Shown: positions 36,730 through 50,062, counted from the first letter of the stretch. The stretch: DNA of 64,000 nucleotides from Octopus vulgaris (GCA_951406725.2 OX597831.1:62062001-62126000), one strand, 5' to 3'. Program-made: numbers and translations. Notes: generated from the sequence alone by a model not told the origin.

Positions 36730-39145
36730 GAGGAGGTGAGGCTGGGCATGTGAGAATTGAAAGTGGCATAGTTGAAGAGATGGATAATTGCTCGCAAGAA
36801 TATAATACTGAGAATTGTGAAAGAATTGAGATCAGTGACTACTCAAACTATGAAGGTCGATTAATAATAGACAGAATTTTTGATCTACTAAAGACAGAAG
36901 GGACAGAATTTAGGTGCGACTTTAAAAAGGCTAACCAGTAGAGGTTAAATCAAGAGACGAATAAGGTCAATAATATACTGCGACACGCTGACACAAAGAG
37001 AATCACACAAACAAATAATCTTATCAAGGCTGCTAGTAGGATTGAGGCGGAAAGGATGGGATTGAGAACTACCCAGGATAGAACAGAGATGGATAGAAGA
37101 CAAATTTACAACTGTGGTGGAAAAGGAGAATTTTTGAAGATATAAGCTCCTTAAATAGTGTAGTGTGTCAATACTTGTCAGGAAAAGAACTTAATAATGA
37201 ATGGAAATTCGAAAAAGTTGAAAAGAATTATGGAGTAGGTACAAAAGGCCTGAATGTTGTAATTGAAAAATTGAAGCAGCGCATACTCGCAAAAGAAAAG
37301 GCAAAGCTATCTAGGTTTGAACAATAGATTAAGCAATACCAGCAAAACAAATAGTTTAGAACCGACCAAAAATGATTTTACCAAGAGATTAATGACGATA
37401 AAAATCGTGAAAGATTAGTCCCTGGTGCCGATGAAAGTCAACTGCTTGGGGATAAGATATGGAGTAAGCAAGAACAACGTAATACTACAGCTGAATGGCT
37501 CTGCAGCTTCAAGCAAACCGCTTCTCATTGCCAACAAGTGGCTATCCACTGTTTAGATGACAGTATCAGAAATATGAGTACAAAGATAAGCAACTGGAAA
37601 GCAACAGAACTAAATGGTGTACAGAGATTTCGGATAAACAAGATTGCTAAAAGTGAACACGACCACTCTCAAAAATTAAGTAAAAAAAAGAAAAGTGGAA
37701 AAATAATTCATTATCATTGTCTGGTACTTGATTGATCCCAATGGTAGTCATGGAATGTGAAGGTGGCTGTAGAAAATTTAGTAACAGAAATAAGTAGTTT
37801 ATCATTTCCTAATACAAACCAAAGTTAACAAATTCATCATTCAAAACGTGTCTTCCACTAATGTGGAAACGATTGTCAGGTGCTTTGGCCAGTGAACTGT
37901 ATAGATATTCAGATCTGGAAAGAGGTTAGAGAACACTAAACCACTTACTATTCATGGATGACTTGAAGGTGTTCATAAATTGTGAACCAGAAATGGACGG
38001 CCTAGTCATGTATGTACGGATTTTCAGCTCTTAGCTGAATCTAGAAAAAAAAATGATATTAAGATGGAGTTTGGACTCACAAAATGTTCTACGATGGTGA
38101 TGAGACGAGGTATGCTTGTCAGGATAGCAGGCATATGTATAAAAAGTGGTGAAATGATGTAGGCTGTTAAACATGAGTCCTGTTATAAATACCTGTGAAT
38201 ACTTAAGGCAGATGGATATGAAAGAAAAAGTACCTGCGGCGAGTGAGAAAAATATTGACTTCAAAGCTGAATGCCAGAAATATAATTTCAGCAATAAATT
38301 CGCGTGGAGTCGCAGTATTTTGGTATGACACTGGAATCCTGAAGTAGACAGAGGTGGAACTAAAGTAATTGGACAGGAAGATAAGAAAGCTCCTAACGAT
38401 GCATGGGGCACATCATCAACGTGTAGACACTGATCGTCTATACATGAAGAGAGTAAATGAAGGAAGGAGACTGATAAGTGTGGAAGACTGTGTGCTTATC
38501 GAGGCTTCATAAAATACCAATCGCAAAGTGAGGAGTAGTGAAAGCAAAGCAAAGAAAAACACGAAAGAAGTACGAAAGGGACATGAAGAAGAATTACGCA
38601 AAAAGGGAATACTCAATCAGTTTCATGTAGCCACAGCTGCAATTCCTGGAAAACACAGGTAGGATTGGCTGAAGAATGGAACATTGAAATAAGAGACTGA
38701 GAGTACTACACTGGTAGCGTAAGACCAAGCTTTGACCACGAACTGGAGGGTCAACCTTAGGAATGAGCAAATATCTCCCCTCTGCCTCATTAGTAGTAGA
38801 GTGGAGGAAACCATTGCCCATATCACGAACGAATGCCTGAGATGTGCCCCAAACCATTACAAGAAGTGGCGACACGATATGGTAAAGTGCAGTATTGGAA
38901 GCTGCGAAAAGCGGGAGAGGCAAGACGTGGTATGAGTACAAACCGCAGAGAATGGTGGAGTTGGTGACTTTCAAAGTCTTCTGGGATTTCCCAATCCAAA
39001 CAGATCTGGTGCTACAGCATAACAGACCGGATCTAGTGGTGGTCGACAAGATGCACAAGATGTGCTATATAGTTGATGTTGCGAGCTCCTTAGATCCACG
39101 AATAGTCAAGAAGGAAGACGAAAAATATATAGATACAACCCTCTA
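36730..39145 (+). mobile_element. Decayed R4/Dong LINE
   Basis: TCLPLMWK, LNHLLFMDDLKVF (37936), decayed CCHC PLCLISSRVEETIAHITNEC, RLE FWDFPIQTD...HNRPDLVVVDK...IVDVA. Confidence 0.9.
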
Positions 39146-39183
39146 AATGAGGACGAAACTAAAGGTGACGGATTTTCGCCCAA

Positions 39184-39263
39184 CAGGTACCCTGTGAGTG
39201 AGCAGGCGCCCTGCAGGTGAGCAGGTGCTCTGCGGGTAACCAGGCGCCCTGTGGGTGAGCAGG
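39184..39263. repeat. 19-bp GC-rich tandem repeat x4 (caggcgccctgYRggtgag)
   Basis: Four degenerate units in the 5' region of the second R4. Confidence 0.85.
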
Positions 39264-41032
39264 ACAGGCCCGGTCGTCATTATATGGCTGCTAGAACAAA
39301 ATGAAGTAAGGTAAGGAATACAACTGTCATGGAATGTTATTTCTTGGGTAGACCCACTGAGAGTGAAGAAAGACCCATAAGAAGATATAGAAAGTGGGTG
39401 CATTACATATGGATTAAGCAGCAAACCTTAGATATTACGGAACAGAGATTGTGACCAGGTAAGAGCAATAAGGAAGAAAGGATGGCTAACAGAATTAGAG
39501 TTCGAAGGGATTAGGAAGAGGGTGATGATCGAAAACACGCGGGGTGATGCAGAAGTAGATACAAACAATGTTGGTAATGCTGTGCTTAATGAGAGTACCC
39601 GTGAGAAGTATATTGTCTTAAGGCCCGAGTGTAGAGAAGGACTAAATAACGAAGAGAAAGGAATGATTGAAGACATTGATATCATTGAAGAAACCCCAGT
39701 TATGGAAATAAATCGATTCAGGAAAGTAGATAGGAAATTTTTTCTCAGTGGATGGGCACTCAAGGTAAATAAAATACTGAAAGAAATCTAGACAAATATT
39801 ATAACCAGAAGGAATAGATTGATTAAAGACTGAATCATATTCATGAAAAATAATGTAGGCCTCGAACCAAACCGTAAATGTGGAAATGAAGGAAAAGAAC
39901 TTTGGTCGTCTGATAGTGTAGAGGTAACCAGCGGCAAGGAAATCAAGGATATTGAAACTAATAGATATCAATATCTGGGGATTTTGGAATACGATAAAAT
40001 CAAAGAAAGTGAAATGCAGGAAAGCTCTAGGCGAGAATATCTCAGAAGAACCAAATGAATTATGGGAAGTAGGCTCTATGAAAAAATAAACAAGATCAGA
40101 GGAATGAACGCATAGGCTATTTCTTTAATACGATATGGCGCAGGTGTTGTTAGGTGGACAAGTAACGAACTTGAGGAAGTGTACAGGAAAACCCGAAAAG
40201 TGATGACAATTAACAAAGAACTACACCCCAAAAGTGATACTGCCAGACTGTATGTGCCTAGGAACAGAGGAGGGAGAAGCGTCATAGGATGCAGGATCTG
40301 TGTCGTCAACGAGAACAGTCTGGGATGGCACATCAAACAGCCGAGTGAATATTTACTTGCCACTGTTACAATTAACAATACAATACCTACCAAAAATGTA
40401 TTGCATCGGCAACATTTAAGAAACAAGATGAAGAAAGAGTAAAGAATTGGAAAGTGAATCACTATATGGGCAATACCTCAGAGAAATGGAAAGGAAAGAC
40501 AGGATCAATACTTGGAGATGGCTAAAAAAAAGTGATTTGTAAGAATCCACTGAGGCATGGATATGCAGCGCTCAAGAACAAGCCCTGAGAAATAATTACG
40601 CCAAACTCCAAATAGATAAGAAAAGCGAATCGCCCCTTTGTAGGATGTATAACAGCAGAAACGAAACAATCTCACATATTGTGAATGAGTGAAGCAAGCT
40701 GGCCCAAAAGCCCTACAAAAGGGGGCACAATTACGTAGCTAAGTTCATCCACTATATACTATATTAAAAGTGCTGCCTGAACAGAGCAAGAAATGGTACG
40801 AACATGAAGCAGAAGGAGTCGCCGAGAAAAAGGAATATAATATACTGTGGGATCTTACAATTCAGTGGTACTCCCTCATCGATGCTCGTAGACCAGATTT
40901 TGTCGTAGTAGATAAGGGAAAAAAAAGAAACTAAGATTATAGATATTAAAATGCCTGAGGATGCATGCATAAATAACAAAGAACTAGAAAAGATTGAAAA
41001 TAGAGATCACTAAAAGACGAAACTGCAAGAAT

Positions 41033-41260
41033 GTTGGCGCGTGTCGGGAATAGTATAGCCTTGGGAGGCACATGCATGTGCTATCCCAGACAGAACCATT
41101 CAGGATAATCTCCATCTTATTCGCTATAACATAGAGAGGGTTGGTGATAACTCTAGCAAAGGTGGGACATTGATGCATTTAGACTAATCTAAAGCTTTTG
41201 ATAGGGTCGACCATCGATACCTGACGACTGTGTTTGCGCGGTTTGGTCTGGCGAGGTTCT
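41033..41260 (+). mobile_element. L1/Tx1-clade RT fragment inside the R4 RLE region
   Basis: TCAIPDRTIQDNLHLIRY...LMHLD.SKAFDRVDHRYL..VFARFGL. Confidence 0.8.
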
Positions 41261-41865
41261 ATCAGTCCATTAGTTGTAGGAACACTCAGAGTACTAACAG
41301 TCAAGTTCGGGAAATGCTTCAGAGAAGTCGGAATTGACATGAGGGCGGAGGAAGCCCGAAAAACACCTCTGCTGGGGACAGCTAGAATTTTGAGATTGGT
41401 ACTTGGATGTTGAATGTTTCACACGATAAATAACAACCAATTATCAAAGCTTATAATGTGTGGAAAGAGACCCAGTGAGACCTCTGACAGCAGGCTCTTG
41501 TCCGCTCTCACAGAATGTACCAGAGCCAGCAAGACCGAGCGTTCAGATAATTATAATTACTAATTGACCCATCATGCCCATGCTTACTAATTGACCCATC
41601 ATGTCCGTTTGATTCTAGGATCAAAAAGAAAGAGGACGAAAAAGAATAAAATAAGAAAAAATACAATCCTTTAAATTTGAAATAGTAAGAATTTGGAGTA
41701 TGAGAACTGTAAAGGACAAGGCCGTTGACGGATAGATTTCTCCTAATCGCTTTTCTATATAAAAAAAGGATACATGGACCCCTCCTCTGTCATCTTGATT
41801 ATAAATCTAACAGAGAGAAGTGTAGCATTCTGATTTGGAAGACGGATATATATATATATATATAT

Positions 41866-42290
41866 AACGGGAAAGTTTACGAAAATAAACAAAAGACGAA
41901 GGCAGGTGGAGTACAAACAAACAAAGTATTTGTATGGCGCTCAGGAATAGAAATAAAACAAGTCTTTTACGTTTCGAGCCTACGCTCTTCGACAGAAAGA
42001 TACACAGAAAAGAAACAAGGAGAGAAACAAGGAGAGAAAAAAAATTGCGTGTAGGGGCTAACGATCCAACATACATACATACATATATATATATATTTAT
42101 GTTTTTTCTCCCCATTTTTTCTCTCCTTTTTTTCTCTTCTTGTTTTTTTTCTGTGTCCCTTTCTGTAGAAGAGTGTAGGCTCGAAACGGAAAAGACTTTT
42201 TCTATTCCTGAATTTTATACTAATACATATGTTTGTTTTGTACAGCACCTGTCATCGTCTTTTGTTTGTTTTTTTCGTAAACTCTCCCTA
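41866..42290. mobile_element. Inverted pair of hammerhead-variant retrozyme-like elements
   Basis: 41866-42045 (-) and ~42100-42290 (+) are reverse complements; cores CTGTCGA/CTGTAGA-a-gagc..gctc-GAAA. Confidence 0.75.
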
Positions 42291-43064
42291 TATATATATA
42301 CATACACATCATGGGTTCGTTATGCGTGTGTATTTATATATGTTATATATGTTAGTTCCCACGACCTTATATTCTTTGGTTTTAAATTTTACCGATGTAA
42401 GACAATTTTTGTGCACGATTTAGCGAATCTATAAATATAAATCAATAAAATACATACCAGACTGAAATATGAAATCTGTTCGATAATATTCGACCGAAAC
42501 CCTTAAATATATTGCCCAGCATGTCATCAATTGAAAGCAGAAAAGCCGAAAGAGCATATTGATCTATTGACATATTTAAATTTCTGTCTGTGATTAATCT
42601 ATCTTAAGACTTTATATAACTATTTCTGAATAAGTATCGGTCGGAGCTATGCTTCTTTAATAATCAGCCTGTATGTATTTTATAGGCTTCGATTTTTCAA
42701 AGAATATTTCCTCATATTAACACTCTTCACCTTTAAGTATATATTATTTCAGTTTTCTAAATTTGATGTCATATTTCGTAGCGAATAAATACACATACAT
42801 CCTCTAGGCCTGTGGATATTTATATTTTCATTTAGTGTGTATTATATTTTTCATTATTTCTAATTATTGAGAAATTCCAGAAATACCCAGAAGAGATTTC
42901 GTTTTTTTAAAAATTGTCTTTTCTTATAAAATGCAAACGAAATAGCGAATCCAAATAATATTAATTATATCACAGCGAAACAATATATTGTAATTGTTAA
43001 ACTGATTAGCAGAGCCCCGTTTATCGTATATCTGATCGATCAGACTGATCTGGATATTGCAATT

Positions 43065-43385
43065 TGTAAGCCTGGTGTTTATTCTGTCGGTCTCTTTCGC
43101 TAAAACACTAAGTTACGGGGGTGCAAACGAACAAGCACAGATTGAAAAGTGGTGGTGGTGGTGGTGAGGGAGACAAATCAGACACGAAGAAACATAACCA
43201 CACATATAAAACACGCATAATGTATACGGCATACTTCCACACGTTTTTGGTTTATTAAATTCACTTAGAAAGCATTAATCGACCCGGGGTTATGGTAGAA
43301 GACATTCGCCAGGAGTGCTGCAGAATGGTACTGAACCTGAAACTACATGGCTGCAAAGTGGGCTTCTTAACCATACAACCATTTC
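43065..43385 (-). mobile_element. SINE family A, old diverged copy
   Basis: taagttacgggg...gtagaagaca...actgaacc...aaccatacaacca. Confidence 0.7.
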
Positions 43386-43504
43386 TGAATCCCTAACATT
43401 TAAATGAAACGTCACATATCTGCATAATTATTTTGCATATATATTTTACCATTTGCTACACAATATATATATAAAAAAAAATTCTATGAAGTTCAGGAAT
43501 AATA

Positions 43505-43657
43505 CCTTTTACTAATGGTACAAAGCCTGGAATTTGGGGTAAAGCGGTGGGAGGAAGGGCAAAGTACACTGGATTTACACCCAAAATGTAATGACGGACG
43601 AAGCTACCGCAAGGCATTTGGTCCGATGTGCTAACGCTTCCGCCACCTCACAGCCTT
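43505..43657 (-). mobile_element. SINE family B fragment
   Basis: acaaagcctggaatttgggg...gctaacgcttccgccacctcacagcctt. Confidence 0.6.
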
Positions 43658-44314
43658 ACGAAAAACTACACCTTTCTAGGATGACAAGAAATGCCAACAG
43701 ATCTGAGACAAAACTGACGTTGGACAATAGACCGAACACATAAAGAGGTCACATATGGCCAACGCACACGCACTCATAAATACACATACAGACAAACGAG
43801 TGTACACGCAGCCGCCCACATACACACGCATACACATCACACATGCTCTTTCTATATTTTTTTGCTTCCCTTCACTTGTAAGCACTACACACACAATGCA
43901 TACACACCTACATACATACGTAAGGTCTTAAACTACTTGTCAAACAGACCGAAGACGAGGAATAGATACAGTATGCCGTTAGTGAGGTCGAGGTCACGTA
44001 TAGCGGCGAAACGACTTTGACAGACATCCGAACCATCAATTCGTTAGTTGACTGGATAGTTAGCAAATTGATGACAATAAAGAGGTGATATTGAAACAAC
44101 ATGCGTGTTTATCCTTATTGGTGTAATGATCCTCCCATGAAACCACAAGATGAAGTAATTAAGCATAACAAAAAATAAATTCACGACAAGGGAAGGAGTG
44201 TGCTTATTCAGAACATACACCTTAAACAGGAAAGGGGAATTTCGTTGTTGTGATACTTAACTGCTTCTAATTACTCGACAGCCCGTGATTATAAACTACA
44301 CCATATATATAAAC

Positions 44315-44426
44315 ATACATGGTTCCGGGTTCGGCACCTTGGGAAAGTGTCTTCTACTATAGCCTCGGGCCGACCAAAGTCTTGTGAGTGGATTTGGTAG
44401 ACGGAAACTGAAAGAAGCCCGTCGTA

Positions 44427-44490
<64 letters not shown>

Positions 44491-44885
44491 TGTGTGTGTT
44501 TGTGTGTCTGTGTTTGTCCCCCTAGCATTGCTTGACAACCGATGCTGGTGTGTTTATGTCCCAGTCACATAGCGATTCGGCAAAAGAGACCGATAGAATA
44601 AGTACTGGGCTTACAAAAGAATAAGTCCCGGGGTCGAATTGCTCGATTAAAAAGGCGGTGCTCCAGCATGGCCGCAGTCAAATGACTGAAACAAGTAAAA
44701 GAGTAAAGAGTATAAGAGTATACATATATACAAGATTCTTTTAGTTTCTGTCTACCAAATCCACTCGCAAGGCTTTGGCCAACCCGAAGCTATAGTAGTA
44801 GATAGTTGCCCAGGGTGCCACACAGTAGGATTGAACCCGGAACCATGTGGTTGGGGAACAAGCTTCTTATCATTCAGCCACATGG
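44315..44885. mobile_element. SINE family A (+, 44315-44720) followed by an inverted A 5' half (-, 44735-44885)
   Basis: Matches 5860-6302 on each strand. Confidence 0.85.
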
Positions 44886-45089
44886 TTCAGCTTTCCGAGC
44901 CATTCACATCTCTTCCATCCTTTTGAAAAATATTTACTTTATTCCGTCAAAGTTTAATTTCATATTTTCTACAATTCCTGGGGTGGGGGATGTCTAGATA
45001 TTTTATAAACAGACTCTCATTTATTACCATCATAAGGAATACAGTGCTTCTTCAATTTATACAAGATACAAGGTTTCACCTGCTTTAAT

Positions 45090-45370
45090 ATTCTTTTCTA
45101 CTCAAGGAACAAGGCCCGAAATTTTTAAGGAGGGGGCCAGTTCATTAGATCAACCTCAGTACGCAACTGGTACTTAATTTATCAATCACGAAAGGATGAA
45201 AGGCAAAGTCAATCTCGGCAGAATTTGATCACAGAACGTAAACACAGACGAAATACCTATTTCTTTACTGCCCACTAGGGACTAAACACAGAGAGGACAA
45301 ACAAGGAGAGATAAACGGATTAATTCGATTATATGGACTCCAGTGCGTAACTGGTACTTATTTAATCGAA
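45090..45370 (-). mobile_element. SINE family B dimer fragment
   Basis: Junction aaagaaata|ggtatttcgtctg at ~45257. Confidence 0.85.
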
Positions 45371-45677
45371 AACAAAAGTATTGAAATGTCAGAAAACTCT
45401 ACAGAAAATACAATTTTTGCTCTGGGAAAAAAAGAAAACTTTAAACATAAATTAAATGTGTTAAAGATTTAGCAGTCAACCCACGGGAAAACAACAGCAG
45501 CAATAAGGCATGGAGAAGGAATGATAGAATGAAGGCAAGACGAGCTAAAGTTATCGACAAAAGGAAAAAAAAAAACATCGAGTAAGTAGCTCACAACACA
45601 GAGAAGCATGACAATGAATTCTTAATGAAAAGTGAACCATTTATACTGGAAAAAAGAGGAGGAAGGAAGATAAAGAC

Positions 45678-45826
45678 TATTTCTTTATTACCAACAAGGG
45701 GCTAAACATACAGGGGACAAACAAGAACAGACATAGGTATTAAGTCGATTATATCGACCCCAGTGCGTAACTGGTACTTAATTTATCGACCCCGAAAGGA
45801 TGAAAGGCAAAGTCGACCTCGGCGGA
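45678..45826 (-). mobile_element. 5'-truncated long-tail SINE B with 17-bp TSD
   Basis: ggaaggaagataaagac on both sides. Confidence 0.85.
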
Positions 45827-45872
45827 AGGAAGATAAAGACTGTCAAATAGTAGAACTATTAAAGCAGGTGAA

Positions 45873-46103
45873 AAGGCGGTGAGCTGGCAAAAACGTTAGC
45901 ACGCCGGGCGAAATGCTTAGCGGTATTTCGTCTGTCGTTACGTTCTGAGTTCAAATTCCGCCGAGGTCGACTTTGCCTTTCATCCTCTCGGGGTCGATAA
46001 ATAAAGTACCAGTTTCGCACTGGGTCGATGCAATCGACTTAATCCGTTTGTCTGTCCTTGTTTGTCCCCTCTATGCTTAGCCCCTTGTGGGCAGTAAAGA
46101 AAT
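45873..46103 (+). mobile_element. SINE family B, long-tail form
   Basis: aggcggtgagctggca...agccccttgtgggcagtaaagaaata. Confidence 0.9.
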
Positions 46104-46379
46104 ATATATTACACACCCAAACACACGCGAACCAAATGGTTGCATGGTACACCCACCATAACCTAAATGAAAGTTTCGATATCCAGACTCGTGTCACGTT
46201 CATTTCACATTGCTCCTGTCCACTCAACTGTAAAGGAATACATCCGAAATGCACAGACGTTCCGTCTAGGGAGAATACTGGTTTGCTCGCCGAACCAGCG
46301 TGGTTCATCATTCCAAATATATGACATATATATAATGTGTGTGTGTGTGGGGGTATAAAGAGTTCATTAGGTAGATCAA

Positions 46380-46680
46380 TACCGCCGAGGTCAACTTTAC
46401 ATTTTAACCTTCCGAAATCGATAAAATGAAGTTCTAGTGAATCGGTGAGTAACAGGTGAGCGACTCTGTCGAATAACCCCTTCCTTCAAAATTGATTGCC
46501 TTTTACCTAAACCAGAAGTGGTGATCATTATTATTGCTTTTAAACCGGTGAACTGACAGAATCGTTAGTGCTTAAGAAAAAATGCTTAGCGGCATTTCTT
46601 CTTGCCGTATAGCTTCTGAACTCAAATCCCGACGAGGGTTAATCTGCTGCCGTCCTGACAATGTCTATGAAATAAAATAC
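46380..46680 (+). mobile_element. Two diverged SINE-B fragments
   Basis: ccgccgaggtcaacttt...; ggtgaactgacagaatcgttag...aaatgcttagcggcattt. Confidence 0.65.
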
Positions 46681-46687
46681 AGTGATG

Positions 46688-47117
46688 GGATCTTTTCGGT
46701 TTGAACGGCAGTTTTTTCTAGCGGTGTCATATGAAATAGTCACCCATAGTTATGACCCTAGAATCGATCTATTGCATTTCAATCTCTTTTAGGGTTAGGT
46801 TTAGTTAGGGTTAACCTTAGGGGTGGCGGAAGGTTATCTTTTTTCTTCAGAAATGTAAATAAACCCAATCTGTTTCTTAAACGAGTGACATATTCATACG
46901 GCACAGAATGTTTCCACCTCAATAGACGTCATTGATTTGTTGAAATTGCAGAAATTGAAGAAAAACAACAACAAATATCTTACAAACTATAGAATTTTCT
47001 CGATAAAGCCAAGAGAAAAAGATGTTTTATAAACACATTCTACCAGTATACGAAGTTTAAAATTTTTTAGTTACCTAGAAATTATGTTAAAAACTGCCGT
47101 TCAAACCGAAAAGATCC
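46688..47117. mobile_element. GGATC-TIR MITE (Merlin-like) with TTAGGG tract
   Basis: TIR ggatcttttcggtttgaacggcagttttt; TSD cagtgatg/cagtgata. Confidence 0.9.
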
Positions 47118-47139
47118 CAGTGATAGGCTTCAAGAGCAG

Positions 47140-48420
47140 CAGGAAACGACAATAGCATCGCTACCAACTAAAACAATATCTACAGCAACGACAACCATCT
47201 GCATAACAAATTGAAGATCAACCTTTCAAACACCATCAAAACTCATCTTTTTCTTGAGAGGCAAATCACTGACAGCGGAACCAACAGCAGTAGTAACATT
47301 AAGAGGGAAAAGAATCTATCACACCCATTGTTGTTAACAGGGCCAACAACTGCAGCAAAATATGGAGAATGTGAGGTAGCAAGTTGCAAGAAAAGCACCC
47401 TTGTCACAAACGTTACTCTCACTACTAATGCGGCAAACGCTAACATGACACCATGCTCACTACCACTGCTATTACCGAACAAAACAGTAGCAGCACAAAT
47501 ACATGTACGAACACATTCTTAGCAAAACGTACAGCAGAAATCATAAGGGTTTCTCTGAGGAAAAAGACATCAACCGATACAAGGGCATACGTCCTGTCGT
47601 CCTATTACAGGGGAAACCAGAGAACACTGGAAAACATCCCGGACCTAATTCAACTCTTCGATGGAGAGGAGCTTCCCGTCATGGTTCATCGCACAAGGAA
47701 TAGTTGTCACACATGAGGTGATGCCAATCACTATAAGGTTCCTGTCCTAAAAACTAGAAAAGGTAGGCACGGAGGTTACTCCCGACACCGCAAATACGAA
47801 AGCAATAACAACACCGTTCATGTACAACGATTTTAGCAGCTGTGGTTGGAGAAGCAGCAACAGCAGCGACAATAGCGACCACATTACAATCAACAGCAGA
47901 TACCAAAATGCAAACAGCATCAGTGACGAAAACAACCGAAAATAGCCACAGAAATCCACATGACAGCAATAACACCAACAGCACCACACCAACACAAGCA
48001 ACAGGATCGTCCAACCCCATGAAATGACACAATATATTCCCTCCCCATTCTGATCATTCGGACCAGCCATGCAATAAAGACGATGAAAATGACAAATGGG
48101 GACTGTCCTGTAAAAAGTGGAGGAAATAGAAAAAAAGGAAACTAAAATCTACCCAAATAAATGAGCTCGGAGATTTGAAAGTGACGTGAAAATAGTACAA
48201 ACAATACATCAAATACTACAACGAATACAGACACAATCAATCCAATCTAAAAATATGCCAACAAGAACAACAGCCGCAAAGAAACACCATAAACTACACG
48301 GCCATAGACGTAAAGGGCTAAGAATTAATGAATCACATGCATCAACGCACAAACATTACACACAACAACTTTTTTACGCTAACAAATTACATACAAACAC
48401 ATGCAAATCCTAAAAGGAAC
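47140..48420 (+). mobile_element. Decayed LINE ORF1-like remnant
   Basis: IQLFDGEELPVMV...CHT*GDANHYK, a decayed knuckle with layout like 5353-5598; A/C-rich tail. Confidence 0.45.
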
Positions 48421-49248
48421 ACAAGAACTACAATAAGCTGAAAATAAAATATCCTGACAGAATGAGATGTTTCTGGGGAAAAAAAATTTAGAAGAACAGT
48501 TTAGAAATATTAGACATCGCGTTTCTTCATGTTCATATTTCCTTTCCTTTTCTTTTTGCAACCATATACTGAGCTTGATACTTATAGCTATCATTTTAAT
48601 AGCTCTAAAGAATAAAATTGATGCGGGAGCCGAATGGGCTTTTTTTTAATGTATTAGCTGGGCAAACTGTTACGGTGATTGGTGTTTACAAAATTGCAGG
48701 TAACTGTCATTCACCGTGAACCTTAATTATTTTCAGAAAACAAAGATTTCAAGATACTATTCCTGAAAATTTCTGAAAATTATAAAGCTGATTATTAAAA
48801 CAGCGTATTTAAAAGAAATATTTCGTAAGTATTAGCTTCTATTAAATTACATTTCCTAGTATTTCTATAAAAGGATTATAGATGCTGGACTTCAATTCTA
48901 CCAATCCAATTAAATTTCAAACTCAGAGAACCACTATCATAGTGTTCGTTAAAACCGACGGGTTCTATTTCTGCTTTATTGCAGTTTCTCCTAATGCATG
49001 GCTTCAAGTTTGATTGATTTACTCTTTGTGTTGTATTTTGTCCTATATTTTTGCTATTCTTATTCAATTCTGTCCTGTTCTGACATTTTCTCTACCTATC
49101 TGTGTGTCTCTTAATATATTCAGCTTTATTTCCTCGGAATAAAATTTTTCTTCCACCGAATCTGTTCATTTTCTAACGTCTCCAACACTTTTATAATATA
49201 TCAGCACACATCTGCATATATATATATTAAGAGAGAGAGAGAGAGAGA

Positions 49249-49446
49249 GAAATACAATAAGAAGCTTCAAAATAGGAAAGTCTTGTGCTAGAAAGAGCAG
49301 TAGAAAACTCTAACCACCAAATAAAAATGGTAAACGTTTTTAATTTTCATTCCTTTCAAGAATTTATCATTTTATTTGTGGTTTCAGTTTTCTACTGCTC
49401 TTTCTAGCACAAAGCTTTTCTATTTGGAAGCCTCTTATTGTGTTTC
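49249..49446. repeat. ~85-bp-arm inverted repeat
   Basis: gtgctagaaagagcagtagaaaac / gttttctactgctctttctagcac with flanking homology. Confidence 0.85.
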
Positions 49447-49515
49447 TATGTGAATAATATGTACTCTAATGACTAATTCATTTTTTGTGCTAGGCCACTG
49501 GTAATAATAATTTCT

Positions 49516-49518
<3 letters not shown>

Positions 49519-49562
<44 letters not shown>

Positions 49563-49570
49563 CATATACG

Positions 49571-49619
<49 letters not shown>

Positions 49620-49665
49620 GTATATATATATGTATTTATATATATATGTATGTATATATATATAT

Positions 49666-49698
<33 letters not shown>

Positions 49699-49710
49699 AT
49701 GTGTGTGTGT
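49519..49710. repeat. (TA)n(TG)n microsatellite
   Basis: Direct inspection. Confidence 0.95.
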
Positions 49711-49825
49711 ATTCTTTAAGTGCAAAGGGAGTATTAGTTTAGAATATCAATCTGTGGATGACATTTGATATTTAATGCAGATATATCGCAGAATGCTAAA
49801 TTAACAGCGGTATTTGTACTCACAT

Positions 49826-50062
49826 ATATAAGGCGGCGAGCTGGCAGAAACGTTAGTACACAGGGCGAAATGCTCAGCGGTATTTCGTCTGTGGCTACGT
49901 TCTGAGTTCAAATTCCGCCGAGGTCGACTTTGCCTTTCATCCTTTCGGGGTCGATAAATTAAGTACCAGTTACGCACTGGGGTCGATATAATCGACTTAA
50001 TCCATTTGTCTGTCCTTATTCGTCCCCTCTGTGTTTAGCCCCTTGTGGATAGTAAAGAAATA
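49826..50062 (+). mobile_element. SINE family B, long-tail form, full length, 17-bp TSD
   Basis: TSD ggtatttgtactcacat at 49809-49825 and 50063-50079. Confidence 0.92.

Larger units (their letters stand above)
39146..41560 (+). mobile_element. Second, internally deleted R4/Dong LINE abutting the first
   Basis: TEQRL.DQVRAIRKKGWLTELE, YQYLGILEYD, LHPKSDTARLYVPRNRGGR, SPLCRM...ETISHIV, ILWD...RRPDFVVVDK, LLGTARILRLVLGC*. Confidence 0.9.

Noticed and set aside
39184-39263. 19-bp repeats as CRISPR or iterons
   Set aside because: Contiguous degenerate units inside a LINE 5' region
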